Origin: the human T2T-CHM13v2.0 reference genome, Homo sapiens
Strand: one strand, 5' to 3'
DNA length: 64,000 nt
Assembly: GCF_009914755.1 (NCBI RefSeq)
Contig: NC_060938.1
The translations under genes and the position numbers were made by a program. Shown in pieces: positions 39,891 through 53,704 of this stretch (positions are counted from its first letter, which is position 1; each line of letters opens with the position of its first letter). The notes beneath the pieces are model-generated. The model was not told the origin of the DNA. It was given only the letters and a program-made list of their open reading frames with translations, and ran no database searches.

Positions 39891-40454
39891 GATACATACA
39901 TAACAGCCACCAAGGGAACATACAGGCAGGCACAATTAATTCTCACGTAAGAGGGTTGGGAGAGTGCCACATAAAAAGAATCAGTCAAACCAGACCTTTA
40001 AAAGATATAGATTTTCACTAATCACAGAGTTAGAAAGGCAATCCAAGCTGAGCAAACCACAGAAGTAAAATCAAGGCTTGCGAAAAGGTCAAATACATTC
40101 AAAACTGGAATGAATTCATCATTTATTAGTGCATTCAGTCGACAGATATTCGTTGATTATCGCTCTATCCCAAGCATTGTACTAAGTAAAGAGAATAAAA
40201 ATAAAATCATAATACATTATTGTTGCCCTCAAGAAAACATAGTCTTAACAAGGGAAAACAAATATGAAAAGAAAAAATTATGATACAGCATGGGAGTGTT
40301 GTGGAAACATGAATTAAGTAATGGGGTAGCACAAAGAACAAGCAAGAAAATTAACCAAGCTTGGGGACTTGTATGAGGTCACTAAAAATATGACATTTCA
40401 TTGAGTATTTAAAAGTGAGGAAAGGAGAAATAGACCTTAAAAAATAAAGAACAG

Positions 40455-40889
<435 letters not shown>

Positions 40890-40893
<4 letters not shown>

Positions 40894-41236
40894 TCTGGTG
40901 CCTTTTCATTCTAGTGCATTTCCCACAGAACTGCCAGTGTTATCTCCCCATAAAATAAAATTTGATTATATCCCTTGTTAGTTTAAAGGCTTTTATTGGC
41001 CTGCTATTGTTTAGAAAATAACATTTGTAGTTCCTTACTTTGGAACAATTTTTTTAAAGAATCACATTATAGAGGTCATTTTTTTCAGAATTAAGAACTG
41101 TAAATGTTATTTTGTAGACAATAGCAGGCCAATAAAATGTTTTAAACTAACAATCAATTTAATCAAATTTTATTATGGGGAGATAACACTGTCAATTCTG
41201 TGGAAAATGCACTAGAATGGAAAGGTACTGGAGGTA
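40890..41236. repeat. Long inverted repeat, ~155-bp arms, ~37-bp spacer
   Basis: 40890-41045 aligns to the reverse complement of 41083-41236 at about 83% identity by hand count, for example TTTTATTGGCCTGCTATTGT / ACAATAGCAGGCCAATAAAA. Confidence 0.95.
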
Positions 41237-42144
41237 GAAAGAAGTTGAGGTTTGCAACAGTTCAAATGGTAAAGAGAAAGTAGAAATAGATACAAGAAAC
41301 ATATCCTGAGATATGACCTGACAAATAAAGGATTGATCCAGAAAAATAATGTTGAAAGTTTTTTATTTATGTAGTAAGTAATCAAAGATACTGAAAAGAG
41401 AAAAAAAATGACAAGTTAACAGACATTTTAGGTAGATGTTTCTTGTGGCAATGCAAATACTAGATTAGAAACACAAGAGACCAGAGGCCTAGGGATCTGT
41501 TAGAAACGTATTACAAAAGCCTAGGGAAGAGATGTTAAGGACTCACTAGAATTGTGGAAGAGAAAATAGAAATAAATCAAAGGAAGAGTGATAGAGCTGA
41601 TATATGAAAAGTACGAGAGATAAAAAGTATATGAAAAGTATGAGAGATGGCTCATTCATTTACTTATTTATTCATTCGACAGATAGCTTTTCAAGTATCA
41701 TGTACCAAGCAAATTGCTTGGTACTGATAATTCAGGGGTGAACAAAATAAACATCCCTGCCCAGAGCATATGGCTTAGTGTAAAGAGAGATAATTTAAGC
41801 AAGTAATTATAAGAAGAGATGCTGAATGCTGTATTATGAAAGTAAAGGATTCTATGGAAATACATATCCATAGCACTCAGTGTGGTCTAGAGGGCTAGGA
41901 GATGATGATGTTTAGGTCGAAATCAAAAGAATGAGTAGGATTAGCCAAGCCAAATCATCCAGGGGAAGGTAATTTTGGAAAAGAGGAACAGCATATGGGT
42001 GGGGGATTACTGTAGTGAATGACTGAGTTTAAGGCTGCGCAAAGGTAAGAAAATGGAGAACGCAAATAAAAGCAACCCATTCAAGAAGTCTGGCTGTTGA
42101 AAGAGATGGATTTTATATGAAATAAAAACAGGATTGTAATTCCC

Positions 42145-43000
42145 ACTTTTTAAATTGTGTTACAATTTACATACAAGAAAATACATAGGTTTTAAGTGTA
42201 CAGTTCAAATAGTTTTTAAAACAAGACAATCAAGTAACCGCCAGCTCATCCAAGGTATAAAACATTTTCATGATCCTAAAAAGCTCCCTTATGCTTCTTT
42301 CAGGTCAGTCCCCGAAGGAAATTGATCCCCTAATTTCCATCATTATAACTTCGGCTTGCTAACTCTAGAATTTTATATGAACGGAAGCATACAGCACATT
42401 TTCTTTTCTGTCTGGCTTCTTTCATTTAATATAATATTCTTGGTGGTGTGTAGCGGTAGTCTGCTGCTTCGTATTGTTGAGTAGGGTTCCACTGTATGAA
42501 TATGCCATATATTGTTAGTCATCCACTGGTGACTATTGGTCTATCATTTGTAAACAAGTCTTTGTTTGACCCTATCTTTTTATTTTTCTAGGACTGACTA
42601 ATGGATTATAGCCTAAGTATATATTTGAGAAATAATCTATATAACAAATTCCTGTGACATGAATTTACTTATATAACAAATCTTCACGAATTTACTTATA
42701 TAACAAACCTTCACATGTACCCATGAACCTAAAAGTTTAAAAAAAAGAAAGGAAATGTCACGGTTTCTCAATGTGACTGTATCATTTATCTTTTCCACCA
42801 GCAGTTCACATGAGTTCCAGTGGCTCCACATCCTTTCTAGCAGTTGATATTTTCCACCTTTTTTAACTTTAGTAATTCTAGAGTGAGTTTTAATTTGAGT
42901 TTTCAGTTTGCAATTTCCTGATGACTAATAAAATTACGCATTATTTCATAGACTTGTTAGTTGATTGTGAAGTGTTTATTAAGAGTTTTTGAGTTTTAAA
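42145..43000 (-). mobile_element. Old L1M 3' end with nested sense L1PA/PB 3' tip (42625-42750)
   Basis: TTTAAGTGTACAGTTC...TCTGTCTGGCTTCTTTCATTTAA...TTTCCTGATGACTAAT. The insert ends CACATGTACCC.TGAACCTAAAAGTTTAAAAAAAA. Confidence 0.8.
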
Positions 43001-43017
43001 AGAGAGGTGATAATATT

Positions 43018-43146
43018 TATTTAATTTTCAGAGACAGAGTTTTGCTTTGTTGCCGAGGCTGGTCTCGAACTTTTGGGCTCAAGTGATCCTCCCACCTCCT
43101 ACTCCTGAGTAGCTGGAATTACAGGCGTGGACTGCCATGTATAGCC
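43018..43146 (-). mobile_element. FLAM (Alu monomer)
   Basis: AGAGACAGAGTTTTGCT.TGTTGCC.AGGCTGGTCTCGAAC...GGGCTCAAGTGATCCTCCCACCTC is a single monomer. Confidence 0.85.
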
Positions 43147-45834
43147 AAGGAGAAAATATTTTGATGCACAAAGCCAAGAATCGGGTGGGAGGGAGAAGTT
43201 GAAAATACAAAAGAAAAATAAAATTAAGAAAACAAGTTCCTGTTGAGAAGCAGATAGTGTATTCAAAGTTTACAACTTCTCTTACAAATATTGGATCACT
43301 GATATATTTACTTTTCCTGTCTTGTTGAATGGGACTTAGAAACATTCTGACTTTACTACGGGTAGAATTGATTTGAGAATGTCAAGAAAATCTTGGATGA
43401 TAACTTATAATTAACCAAAATCACTTGTTCAGCTACAGATTGACCTCTTCTGATTTTGAAATTACATGAGATCTTGTATCTGATCCCAAAAGATACTGTT
43501 CTGTATTTAGCAGGAGCCATTGTGATGACGTGAATTCTGAGTAATACGTATGTGAAAACAGTACAAATGAGATTAGCCATATTATGTAAATAAAATCAAA
43601 TAAAGTAACTCTTCAAAGAAGTTTGTTTTTAAAAAGTTTAAGATAGATATATATAGAAAGTTTAAAATATATATATATACTTGATGTTTAGTAAGACTAT
43701 ATTTAAGAAGACATTTATCAAAAGCTGGCAAAAGAATTAGCTGTACTGTGAAGATAAGAGAATAAAAATGTTGATTGTTGAGTTTAACAATAATCTAACA
43801 CCCGCATTTTGCCATTTCAAAATTAGCTGGTTTATAATGAATGTTTAAAATGAGGCATCTTCTTTATGTAGAGACTTATCAAATAAGACTTTGAATTTTT
43901 AATTTCTATGGATGGATGGGGTTTTAATAACAATATACTTTTTACGTAAAATCATCCATAAGTGGTAGTAGGTAAAACAGTAGAGAAGGATTTTTTTCGG
44001 TTAGAGTTTACCTTCCTTGACATGTTGATTTGCCTCAACCACTTGCCCACAACCACATCATAGAATCAATGCTCAAGTGTTAGTTGTGGTGTCATTTTCA
44101 ACTCTATGCAGTGGACCACAGAAAAGTAAAGTTTCTTAAGTACAAAGTTCAGCTGCTTTCTCATTCCCTCCTTCTGTTGCAAAGATTATTCCCAAAATCA
44201 AATGAATAAAGAAGAGAATTATAGTCTGTATTTTAGGATTGTTAAAGGTTTTTCTGTTTCTGACAGTTTGGCTTTCTTTTGTCATTTTCTCACTTAAATG
44301 TTGTAAACTCAGAAAGTGCTAAGCTAAGATTCTTTATGTAGTGTTACACATGCCGTAAGACAATATTATTTTACCATGTCAAAGTTGTTTGCACCATTTG
44401 GAGCACATCTATCATCAAAACTCAATTAAATGGAGTCTTTCTATCTTCAACTAAAACAAACTGTTTACTTAGATTTGCTCAGTGTTTACTTCGCAAGAGG
44501 TAGAAGACCCAAATAGCACAGTAACATAGGTGTCTGGGGATATACCAGGGGTCAAAAAATTTAACCCAAAGAAGGAAGCCTTCTTTTCTGGTTGCAACAA
44601 GAGACTTTCTTTTTCTTTTGCCAAGTAAATGGCAGCATTATAATGTTATTCATACCTCACTGGTGTCCTAACAATTCCTCTATTCAAACTGAAAAGGGAT
44701 ATATTCTCTTTGTTGCAAAGTATTAAATTTGTCCCTTGAGATTAGTGTGTAGGCAGTTTTAAAGGATGAAACAGGATTAGATAAGGTTTCTTTACTGAGA
44801 AAGAGTTCTGAAACAGTACAGCAGAAAACCCTCTTATATTACCTGTATTGAAAAAAATCCTTTGTTTTAACACTTCAAATCACAAGTCAAATTTATTATA
44901 TCGTTACTTGACAAAATGTTTCTTTGTGGGGTTTTGTGAAAGGTAGACAAGTTACAAATAGAAAAGGAAATGACACTTGCCTTAACTGTATTTGAAATTT
45001 CTTATATTTGAAATCCCTCTATGGCATTTATAATTTAAATATGTTTTAAGAGATGATATTTAAAACTTTATAGTAATTATAGTTATCTGCTTAAAGATTC
45101 AGAATGTTTCTGCCTCTCTTGATGCTATTTAGAAAGGATGAAAATTGTATTGTATATGTACTGAACAGAGCCAACATTTGTAAGTTTAAAAGTGTCAAAA
45201 TTATGTCAAGGGCAGTTCTGGAAAACACATCAGTGGTTCATTTGTGTTCCACTTACCTGTTTATAGTTAATAATGTTGTTCATCACAGGAAGAAATGAAT
45301 GAATATCATCAAGTTTTCAAGTGAAATGGCAATATTTGTTTTCTTCAGAAAGAAGAAAAATGACTTGTGATAATATACTGCTTCTCTAGTTATATAATCA
45401 CAATGTTATAGGCCCTTTCTAATTACTAGTAAAGCTACTATGAGATTTCATGATTAAGTATTTGTGTTGGTCTTTTTTTTTAATTTTACGTGAAAGGGTA
45501 GAGACTGAGTAAGGCTTTCTAGACTGCAGTAGTTACTTCTCTTTAGATGTTCACATTATTCTACATTAGTGCTTTTGCTGAATGTTACTAACCACAGGGA
45601 AGATTTTTTTGTCAAAAGAGAAAGATTTGCAATGAGACCACCCCAATTTTTTTTTGTGAACTCAATGTGAAAAATATATATTAATTTAAGATTGAACATA
45701 ATGTTTTGCCATGTATGCAGATTTTAAAGCCTAAAAGAAAACAGAATTAGGTATATAAGATTTCTGCCAATAAAGCTTTAAAAAAAAGTCCCTTTGTGTC
45801 TTGATGGCACCTTGTTATATGAAAACCAGGGAAC

Positions 45835-46030
45835 CTTCTCCATACACTTCTCTTTTTCACATTGCTGCTAGGTTATCAATCTTCTCATGGCATCACTCTG
45901 CTTATATCAACCCCTGCTCACAAACTATCTTGGTTTCCCACTGTCTCCAGAAGAAACTCCACACTCTGACTTGATATTCAAAGCCCTCCAAAGTCCTTCT
46001 CTAAGCCTCCCACCATCACTTTTCTGAGTT
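45835..46030 (+). mobile_element. L2 fragment
   Basis: TTCACATTGCTGCTAG...CCCCTGCTCA.AAAC...TGGTTTCCCACTG...TATTCAAAGCCCTCCA. Confidence 0.6.
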
Positions 46031-47608
46031 AATTATATACCAGGCTTATTAACACACCCAACCTAGATTCCCTCTAAACTGTATTCTTAGCCAGACTTAT
46101 AAGTATCACTATGGCTTGGGGCTTTCATAGCATCACTCATACTGTTCTAGCTCCCTGTCTATCTTTTCAGTTTTTGCTTTGTCTATTTTGCCTTTCACCT
46201 GCTGTTACCTTAGGAGAGTAAATATTTGCTGGTCTGTTTCTGATAGATACCCCTGCGCTGGTCCACAATACAAAGACATCCTAATGTAATGCCCCTTGCC
46301 TGCATGGAAAGTTTTAAGTCATTTTTAGAAGGCTTTGTTATTTGGCAAAGCAATAAACTTACCATGTTTTCAGGTTTCGGCATGCTCAGTGACACTGGAA
46401 TGTCTTTAATATTTCTCCTGATTTCCACTTATTCCTTCTAGTTCTAAATAAAAATAAAAGTGCCAATGTTTTACAAATATAACTGACATAAAAAAGTTTT
46501 AAGTGTGCATTAGTTATACAAAAACAAACATCTGGATGTTTGCAAACACTCAGATCTTGAACTAAATGTTTTTTACTATTTTCTTCCTGATGTTCAAGGT
46601 CATAAAAATAGATACCTGAGGTCTGATGGTATTATAAAACTAAAACTAAAACTAATTCTATCCATATCTTACATTTTTATGGATGTCTGAAGCATATCCA
46701 TGCATCTAATTTAAATTACATTTTCTCCTTATGTCCCATTTTAAATATTCTCTATTTAAGTTGGATTTTACTTCTGTGAAAGGGGCTCTTTGCAAATAAT
46801 TTGAGAAGTTTTGGGAAAAAACCACACAAGTAATGGGGGAAAATGAAGAAATATTGGATGGTATTAAAATGAGAAATGAAAGATTTGAAAAAATTAATAC
46901 CGTTGTTGAAAAGTGATAGTTTTTTCCTACTTTCATGCTCACATCACAACATTCACTACAATGAGGAAAACCTAGGCATGGAGCTGGCAAGTGGGATTGT
47001 TTACTCATCATTACTTATGGTGATGCTGGTGTCGCTTACTTTGAATTTACTTAAGAACTTCAAAAACCATGGGAGCCATGCAAAGTAAGGTCCTAGCTTA
47101 TTGGCACTTTCAAAAGTCACTTATATTTGATAGTTTCAACGCAGTTCTACATTTGAAGAGAAAACTATGCTGAAATTATATGACAAAAACTATCTTTTTT
47201 ATCACCTCAGGGTGTTGGAAATCAAATATACAGTTTCTCCTACTTCAGTCATTGCCTAATGAACCATGACAAAGTAAGCTTAACGATGAGAAAACTTGTA
47301 CCCATAAGTTTTCTCCAAGTTCATAGGGCCTGTTTTTGTGAATCAAGACTATAAACCAGGTAGGTTCACTTCTTTGTCTGTTCTTTGTCTCTCAGCAAAC
47401 ACTTGAAATCCTCTTTCACTAGACAGATTTGACTAATGGATGATTACATTTTGTATAACACATATTTTATGTAGTTCAACATGGTTTAATTATTTAAAGA
47501 GATTCTTGGTCAGATCAAAGATGATTCTCGCAGTCATGCTACATGAAATTTGTGCATAAAATCAGAGTTGACCCATCAAGTTGATTTAGAAGTTTAGCAG
47601 CAGATTTT

Positions 47609-47883
<275 letters not shown>

Positions 47884-48004
47884 AGCAGCAGATTTTAAAG
47901 CAACAAATTGAGATTCTAATATCCAGAGAAGATGGCCAAATATGGCCACCAAAGTACCTTTCCATCATTCAGAGTCTTTTTAAAATGATCACTATTGATT
48001 TTTA

Positions 48005-48520
48005 ATCATAACAGCATCATCATTTATTGTGTGTTTCCAATGTGCCCTGCATTGTGCTCCCTATACATACAAACTTATTTCATCGCCTCAGTGATACAAT
48101 AGGTAGGCATTCTTATCCTCACTTTGTAAGTCAATAAACAAAGGCTCAGAAAACTCAAGTTATGAACACAAATTTACACTGAGAGTGTCAGAATTGAGAG
48201 TTGAAGCCAGGTGTTTCTGAGTTAAAACCCAAATTCTCTACTGCTGTAATCTCTGCTTAAAACTACTAATGCTAGTTTTAAAAATGAGCTGATATATATT
48301 GAAGATTTTCTATGTATTATCAGACATTAAATGCTACATGTAATATATCATACAGTCTTCATAATAACTATTTGAGGCTAGGTACTATTATCTTCATTTT
48401 CCATGGAGGTTAAGAACCTATAAAAGTTATGCAATGTCTTCAAGTTTACTTGGTTAGAAAGAGGCAAGAAGAAGGTTTTAGCCTAAAGAGACTGGCTTCA
48501 TCCACTTCTCGATGTTGCCT
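48005..48520 (-). mobile_element. Two tandem MIR fragments
   Basis: AGGTAGG.ATTCTTATCCTCACTTTGTA...AAAGGCTCAGA; TAGGTACTATTATCTTCATTTT. Confidence 0.7.
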
Positions 48521-48564
48521 CTCAAGATTTCCTTATTTCTATGAATACATTGCTGTTCTCTAAG

Positions 48565-48880
48565 TGTATTAGTCAGGAGAAGATCATCAATGTGTCATAA
48601 CAAATGAATCCAGAATTTCAGTACCTTACAACAGCAGAGTGTAATTTTTCACTCATCCTTTGTCCATTGTAGCTGTGGCTATATTCCAAATGTGCATTAC
48701 AGGAGGAGACTAATAGGTCAGCCTCTACCTAGACATGGTCTCATAGCAAAGGGGGCAAAAAAGACATAGTCACTCATATACTGACTTTCAAACTTCTGCC
48801 TGGAGGTTTCATGGCCATTCCTGAATCCAGCTGTGTGGATTGGCTGGTGGTTGGCTCCACAGTGACATAAATCAGACTAT
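48565..48880 (-). mobile_element. Old MLT1 (J/K/L-like) LTR fragment
   Basis: TGTATTAGTCAGG...ATAACAAAT...AATTTCAGT..CTTA.CAACA...AAACTTCTGCCTGGA. Confidence 0.55.
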
Positions 48881-49419
48881 TTGGGAAATGGGTGTGCTGG
48901 TGTCTGGCACAGTGCTGCCAGGATGTGAATATCCATGCATAAGGTGACAGGATACAACTGGGATTTTTTGAGTTTGTGCCTCTTCAGAAAAACTCAGCTC
49001 TTTGATTACTAGGGTAAGATGCACAAGGCAGTAGTGCAGGATGGAAGAATTAAAATAAACAAATAAATCTGATGGGCTAGTATAATATTCTCTACTAGTA
49101 TATGAGGCACACAGTTTGTAGTTTAATACTTTCATCTGCTTAGGAAAGGAGACTTATTTATAGGAATTTATTGATTGAGGAGAATAGATATTATTGTATC
49201 CTGCTAAGCAGTGTATTCAAAATACCTTAAGTGCTTTCAAAAACATACCTATGAGAATACGTCCCTACTGGCATTTCTTAGAATAGGAAAAAGGAATGAA
49301 AATAATCTACATACCCAGTGGTAGAATATGGGTTAAATGAATTACATGTCCATTAATGGAATTCTATATTGCAATGAAAATAATATTTAATGATATGGAA
49401 ACTGTTCATTATATGGTAG

Positions 49420-49880
<461 letters not shown>

Positions 49881-51214
49881 ATAATATGAATATATTTTTT
49901 ATATAAAAGGCATATATTAGAAAAATCACTAAAATATTAAATGTTATGCCTATGATAATTTGTGGAGTTTTGCTTTGTTTTATTTTATTTTATTTTGTGT
50001 AAGAATTTGGGAGAAAGGGGACCTAGTCAAGAGTTTCCAAATCTTCTACAATGAATAGTTAATACATTTTAAAATAAATAAATAAATATTAATTAAATAA
50101 TAAACTAAAGGACATGAGGAATAATGTGTAAAGCCCACGAAACTTTAAAATAACTCTATGTTTAAATAATAAAGAAAACAGAGAATTAAATTCAGATAAT
50201 TCTTGGTCATTTGTCAGATCAGTCACAAAATAATAATGATCTTTTCTTGAACATTTCCCAGTCAAAATTAGATTCACATTTTATTTCCTCTTTAGACTCA
50301 TCTTCTGCACAAAGCCTTGCTTGAGCCTCTGACTCTCACCACTCAGAGTTCCACATTAGGTTGGAAACTATTCATTTCTCTCTCCCACTAAATTATCTGA
50401 AACTTGGTGTCCTACAGCTAATATTTCTAACTATGGGCTTCTCCACACCCACCTGTTCTCCACATTACAAGCAGAGTTTCTTTCATGTAATAAAAACTGA
50501 AATGATATCCTTAGGTTTTTTCTTATCTTGGGTTACATTGATTCCTCTGAATAGCCAGAATATTACCAGTACTTCAGATTTATTTTTAACGCAGCAAAAC
50601 TTAAATTTGCTGATTATGCGCCTTGGTTCTATAGTATAATTAATGTTTATTTACTGAATGTTAAGCCAGAGAACTTCATAACTCGTACATTGCTGGAAAA
50701 CTATTCTAGAAAACTTTAATAATGTATATATTTTAAAAGGCTAACTTATTAGAAAACTAAAGTGTGGGACCTTTTTAAGATTGTGGTCTTACTTTATTTA
50801 ACTGCAGTAATTTGATCTAGGTTTAGGCTAGAAGACATCTTTAGAAACTATTTTTAAAGAATGGATAAAAATTATTTGTAATTACCATATCACTGTTTAT
50901 TTATGTAGATGCTGCCAAAGTATTTAGGAGTGCTTGGGAACAGTTACTTGTCTTAAAAATATTTATTTTATAGTTTTATTTACATTTACTAGCCTGGCAA
51001 AACCTTTCATCATAGATCTATGAGAGACACTGGTTTTCATGTAATTGAAAAAATATAAGCAAAGCTGTTATTTTGCATCACACAGACAAAAGAAAAAATA
51101 CTCAGTTGCTTTTTAGAATCTAAACATTATAAACAGAAACCAATTTAAGATATGCTGCTTATATGTAGAGAACAAGTCTTTCTGTATTCCTTGGTAAAAC
51201 AGTTGCAAGGAATG

Positions 51215-51378
51215 AAGATATATATGTATCTTGATATAGAGATGGAAGGATAGAGATATATCCTATAGATATATCTATATAGGATTTTATAAGTATAGTT
51301 ATATACAGTTATAGATGTATAGTTGTAAATACATATAAACATATGTATAAGCATTCATGTAAATATATAGATATATAG
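51215..51378. repeat. TA-rich low-complexity tract
   Basis: Degenerate (TA)n / TAGA repeats. Confidence 0.7.
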
Positions 51379-53592
51379 TTTTTTTTTTCCTTATGGTTAA
51401 GCATTAGAGACATTACTTTAGAGAAGAGTAAAATACACATTGCATAGTACTCTGAAGACCACTTATCCTGGGTAAAAAATACAGGTAGACCAAATAGCTC
51501 TACTGGCATTTGCGGACAATGCCACAGAGGAATATCAGCCTCTAAAAGCCTTGACTAGGGTCAGAAAAGTTACTCGCTGTTAGAATGCAAAATTTACAAA
51601 ATATCAAAAACTGGTTGCAGTATTACATGTTGACAACTTTATTTGTATATTGGAGATAAAAGCAGTGGGAGTTCTTCCTATAAGCAACACTATATTCTAA
51701 GCTCATTGAGCCCACGATGTCTGTCTCTCACATGGTGATGCTATCTATAAGAGGGTGCTGTCACATTACTTTGTAAAATTTACTGATATATACAAAACAA
51801 AGAAAGTGCTTTTAATAATCCTGAATGTCATGCTTCCACATTTCAACAGAGACCTTAAAGATGAAAGTAGGCCTCAATTCTGATTCAATGTACAAAATAC
51901 TTTTTAAATTTCTGTTGCGAATAATTAAAGTAATACTTAAAGCATTCAGATTAACTCGGAGTTTTGTTTCAGCTTCTATTTTGGTTGCAAAAGTATGTCA
52001 GTTCTAAGTGTACCAAACTCATATGTGTTTGCTAACTTGGTTCAATGGATGATGCTGCCTAGAATGATCACTTTGAATTGAAATATGCTTAACCACACTT
52101 GAAGTTTTAAAACAGCCGTGTTTTTTGGGCAAGGTGAACACATGATAACAGTCATTGCATAGTTGTAAATTTCTTAAGTTAATAGTTGCATGTTACAAAC
52201 AGTATCAAGTACAAGCCAAAGTTTTTATATTTTTTGCATTAAACATGAACTGGGTTACTGTATAATTTCAACATATGACATCCCATTTCAAAAATTATTT
52301 TCCATAGGCAGTTATTTATACTTTTAGGCATTTTAATTTCTTGAATTAAAGGACGCAATGTAGGTAAAGATATTCCTATATTTTCAAGTTCTCTTTTGAT
52401 TGGTAAGGGACAGTGCAGGCCCATCTGTTTTGCAGCAAAGAAAGCCCCAAACCATCTGTGTAGGACCACATGCCAGCTAAAACACAGAGATATGCACAGT
52501 TTTTTTGTTATGAAAAATTTTGCAGTATTTTTTTCTGTATTAGTGTGAATAAATTAGCAACAACTAAATTAAAGAAATCTTTAGAGAACATATTAACTTT
52601 CTAGTGCCTACAGTAAATTATATTCATTTAGAAATTATTAAAGTTGCATTGTGCCCATATGAATTTTTCCTTACTGTTCTGAATTTGATACTGAAAATTC
52701 ACCATCATCTACAAAGTAAATAGCTTCATTGTTGGTAATGTAAGTTCATTTTTATGAAGTTGTTTTTGATTGGGCAATACATTGGCTTTCAATAGCAAAT
52801 AGTTGTGGTTTTTAAAATTCAGCTATAGCTAGTAGCACAGTAAGATGAACAATATTGTTATCATTAATATATATTAAAATCGTTGCACAATATTGGCAGA
52901 CTATAGTGCATGAGAATGTTTTGTGACATATTTTGAAGAAATTTTTGTTTTCCCATTTTCCAATGAAGTAAGTAACTCTGTGAAACTATTTTTTAGATTC
53001 TACTAGAGTAATTGATAATATAAATTAATTGCTGGTTCTTCAGAAGTCAATAAGAATGTTGAATAATAGATGAAATATTAATTGTAATTTATAATTCTTC
53101 CATTCTGAATAATTAAATTAACATTTTAAAATTCTTTTAGATGAAAAATGTTTCCTACAATATTTAATAATAGGCTTTTGCCTAAACCAAGTTGGCTATC
53201 CAAGCCGTTTTTCTCAAAATCAGAAAAACACATCTCTGAAAGCATCACAAATATCACATTTTCTGATTTTCTAGCAAGTCTTTATCTTCATCCTCCTTTA
53301 GTTTATAGGTGATTGATGTTTGATGAGTTAGAAAATAACAAATAACAGACATAGGCGAATGCATATCAGCTCTTTAAGGCTTAGCAAGTATTGACGAAAA
53401 ATGTCACTCTTTGAGGGAGACCTTTTCTATTATGTTTTACATTGGTATTGAAAATGCTTATTATCTGTTTGAAAAACATTAAAAGCTTTAAATTCAAGCA
53501 GCTCATTTTTCATTTTGTTAATTGCATAACATACTAATGTTGCACTAGGTTGTTTTTTTCAGTGGTATAATGATGCAACAATATTTACATAC

Positions 53593-53704
53593 CAACTCTG
53601 GTTTTCCTTTAATGGTTTCTATAACAAGATCATAATTTCCTTTAGCGTAATCACTGGCAGATTTATTTGGCGTCCCATCTTCGCTCCGCTCTGGCTTTGG
53701 GGGC
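53593..53704 (-). other. Candidate exon (112 nt) in a CpG-retaining unique segment
   Basis: Acceptor GCTCTCTCCCAG|G and donor TTG|GTATGT. One frame is open throughout (PPKPERSEDGTPNKSASDYAKGNYDLVIETIKGKPEL). There is no transcript evidence. Confidence 0.35.

Noticed and set aside
39520-40440. Tail-to-tail L2 pair as a miR-28-like hairpin
   Set aside because: The spacer exceeds 200 bp and the copies are too diverged to see a stem.
43390-43545. Box C/D snoRNA-like motifs (TGATGA...CTGA)
   Set aside because: GTGATGA and CTGA are under 10 nt apart. The upstream alternative has a non-consensus C box and no convincing terminal stem.
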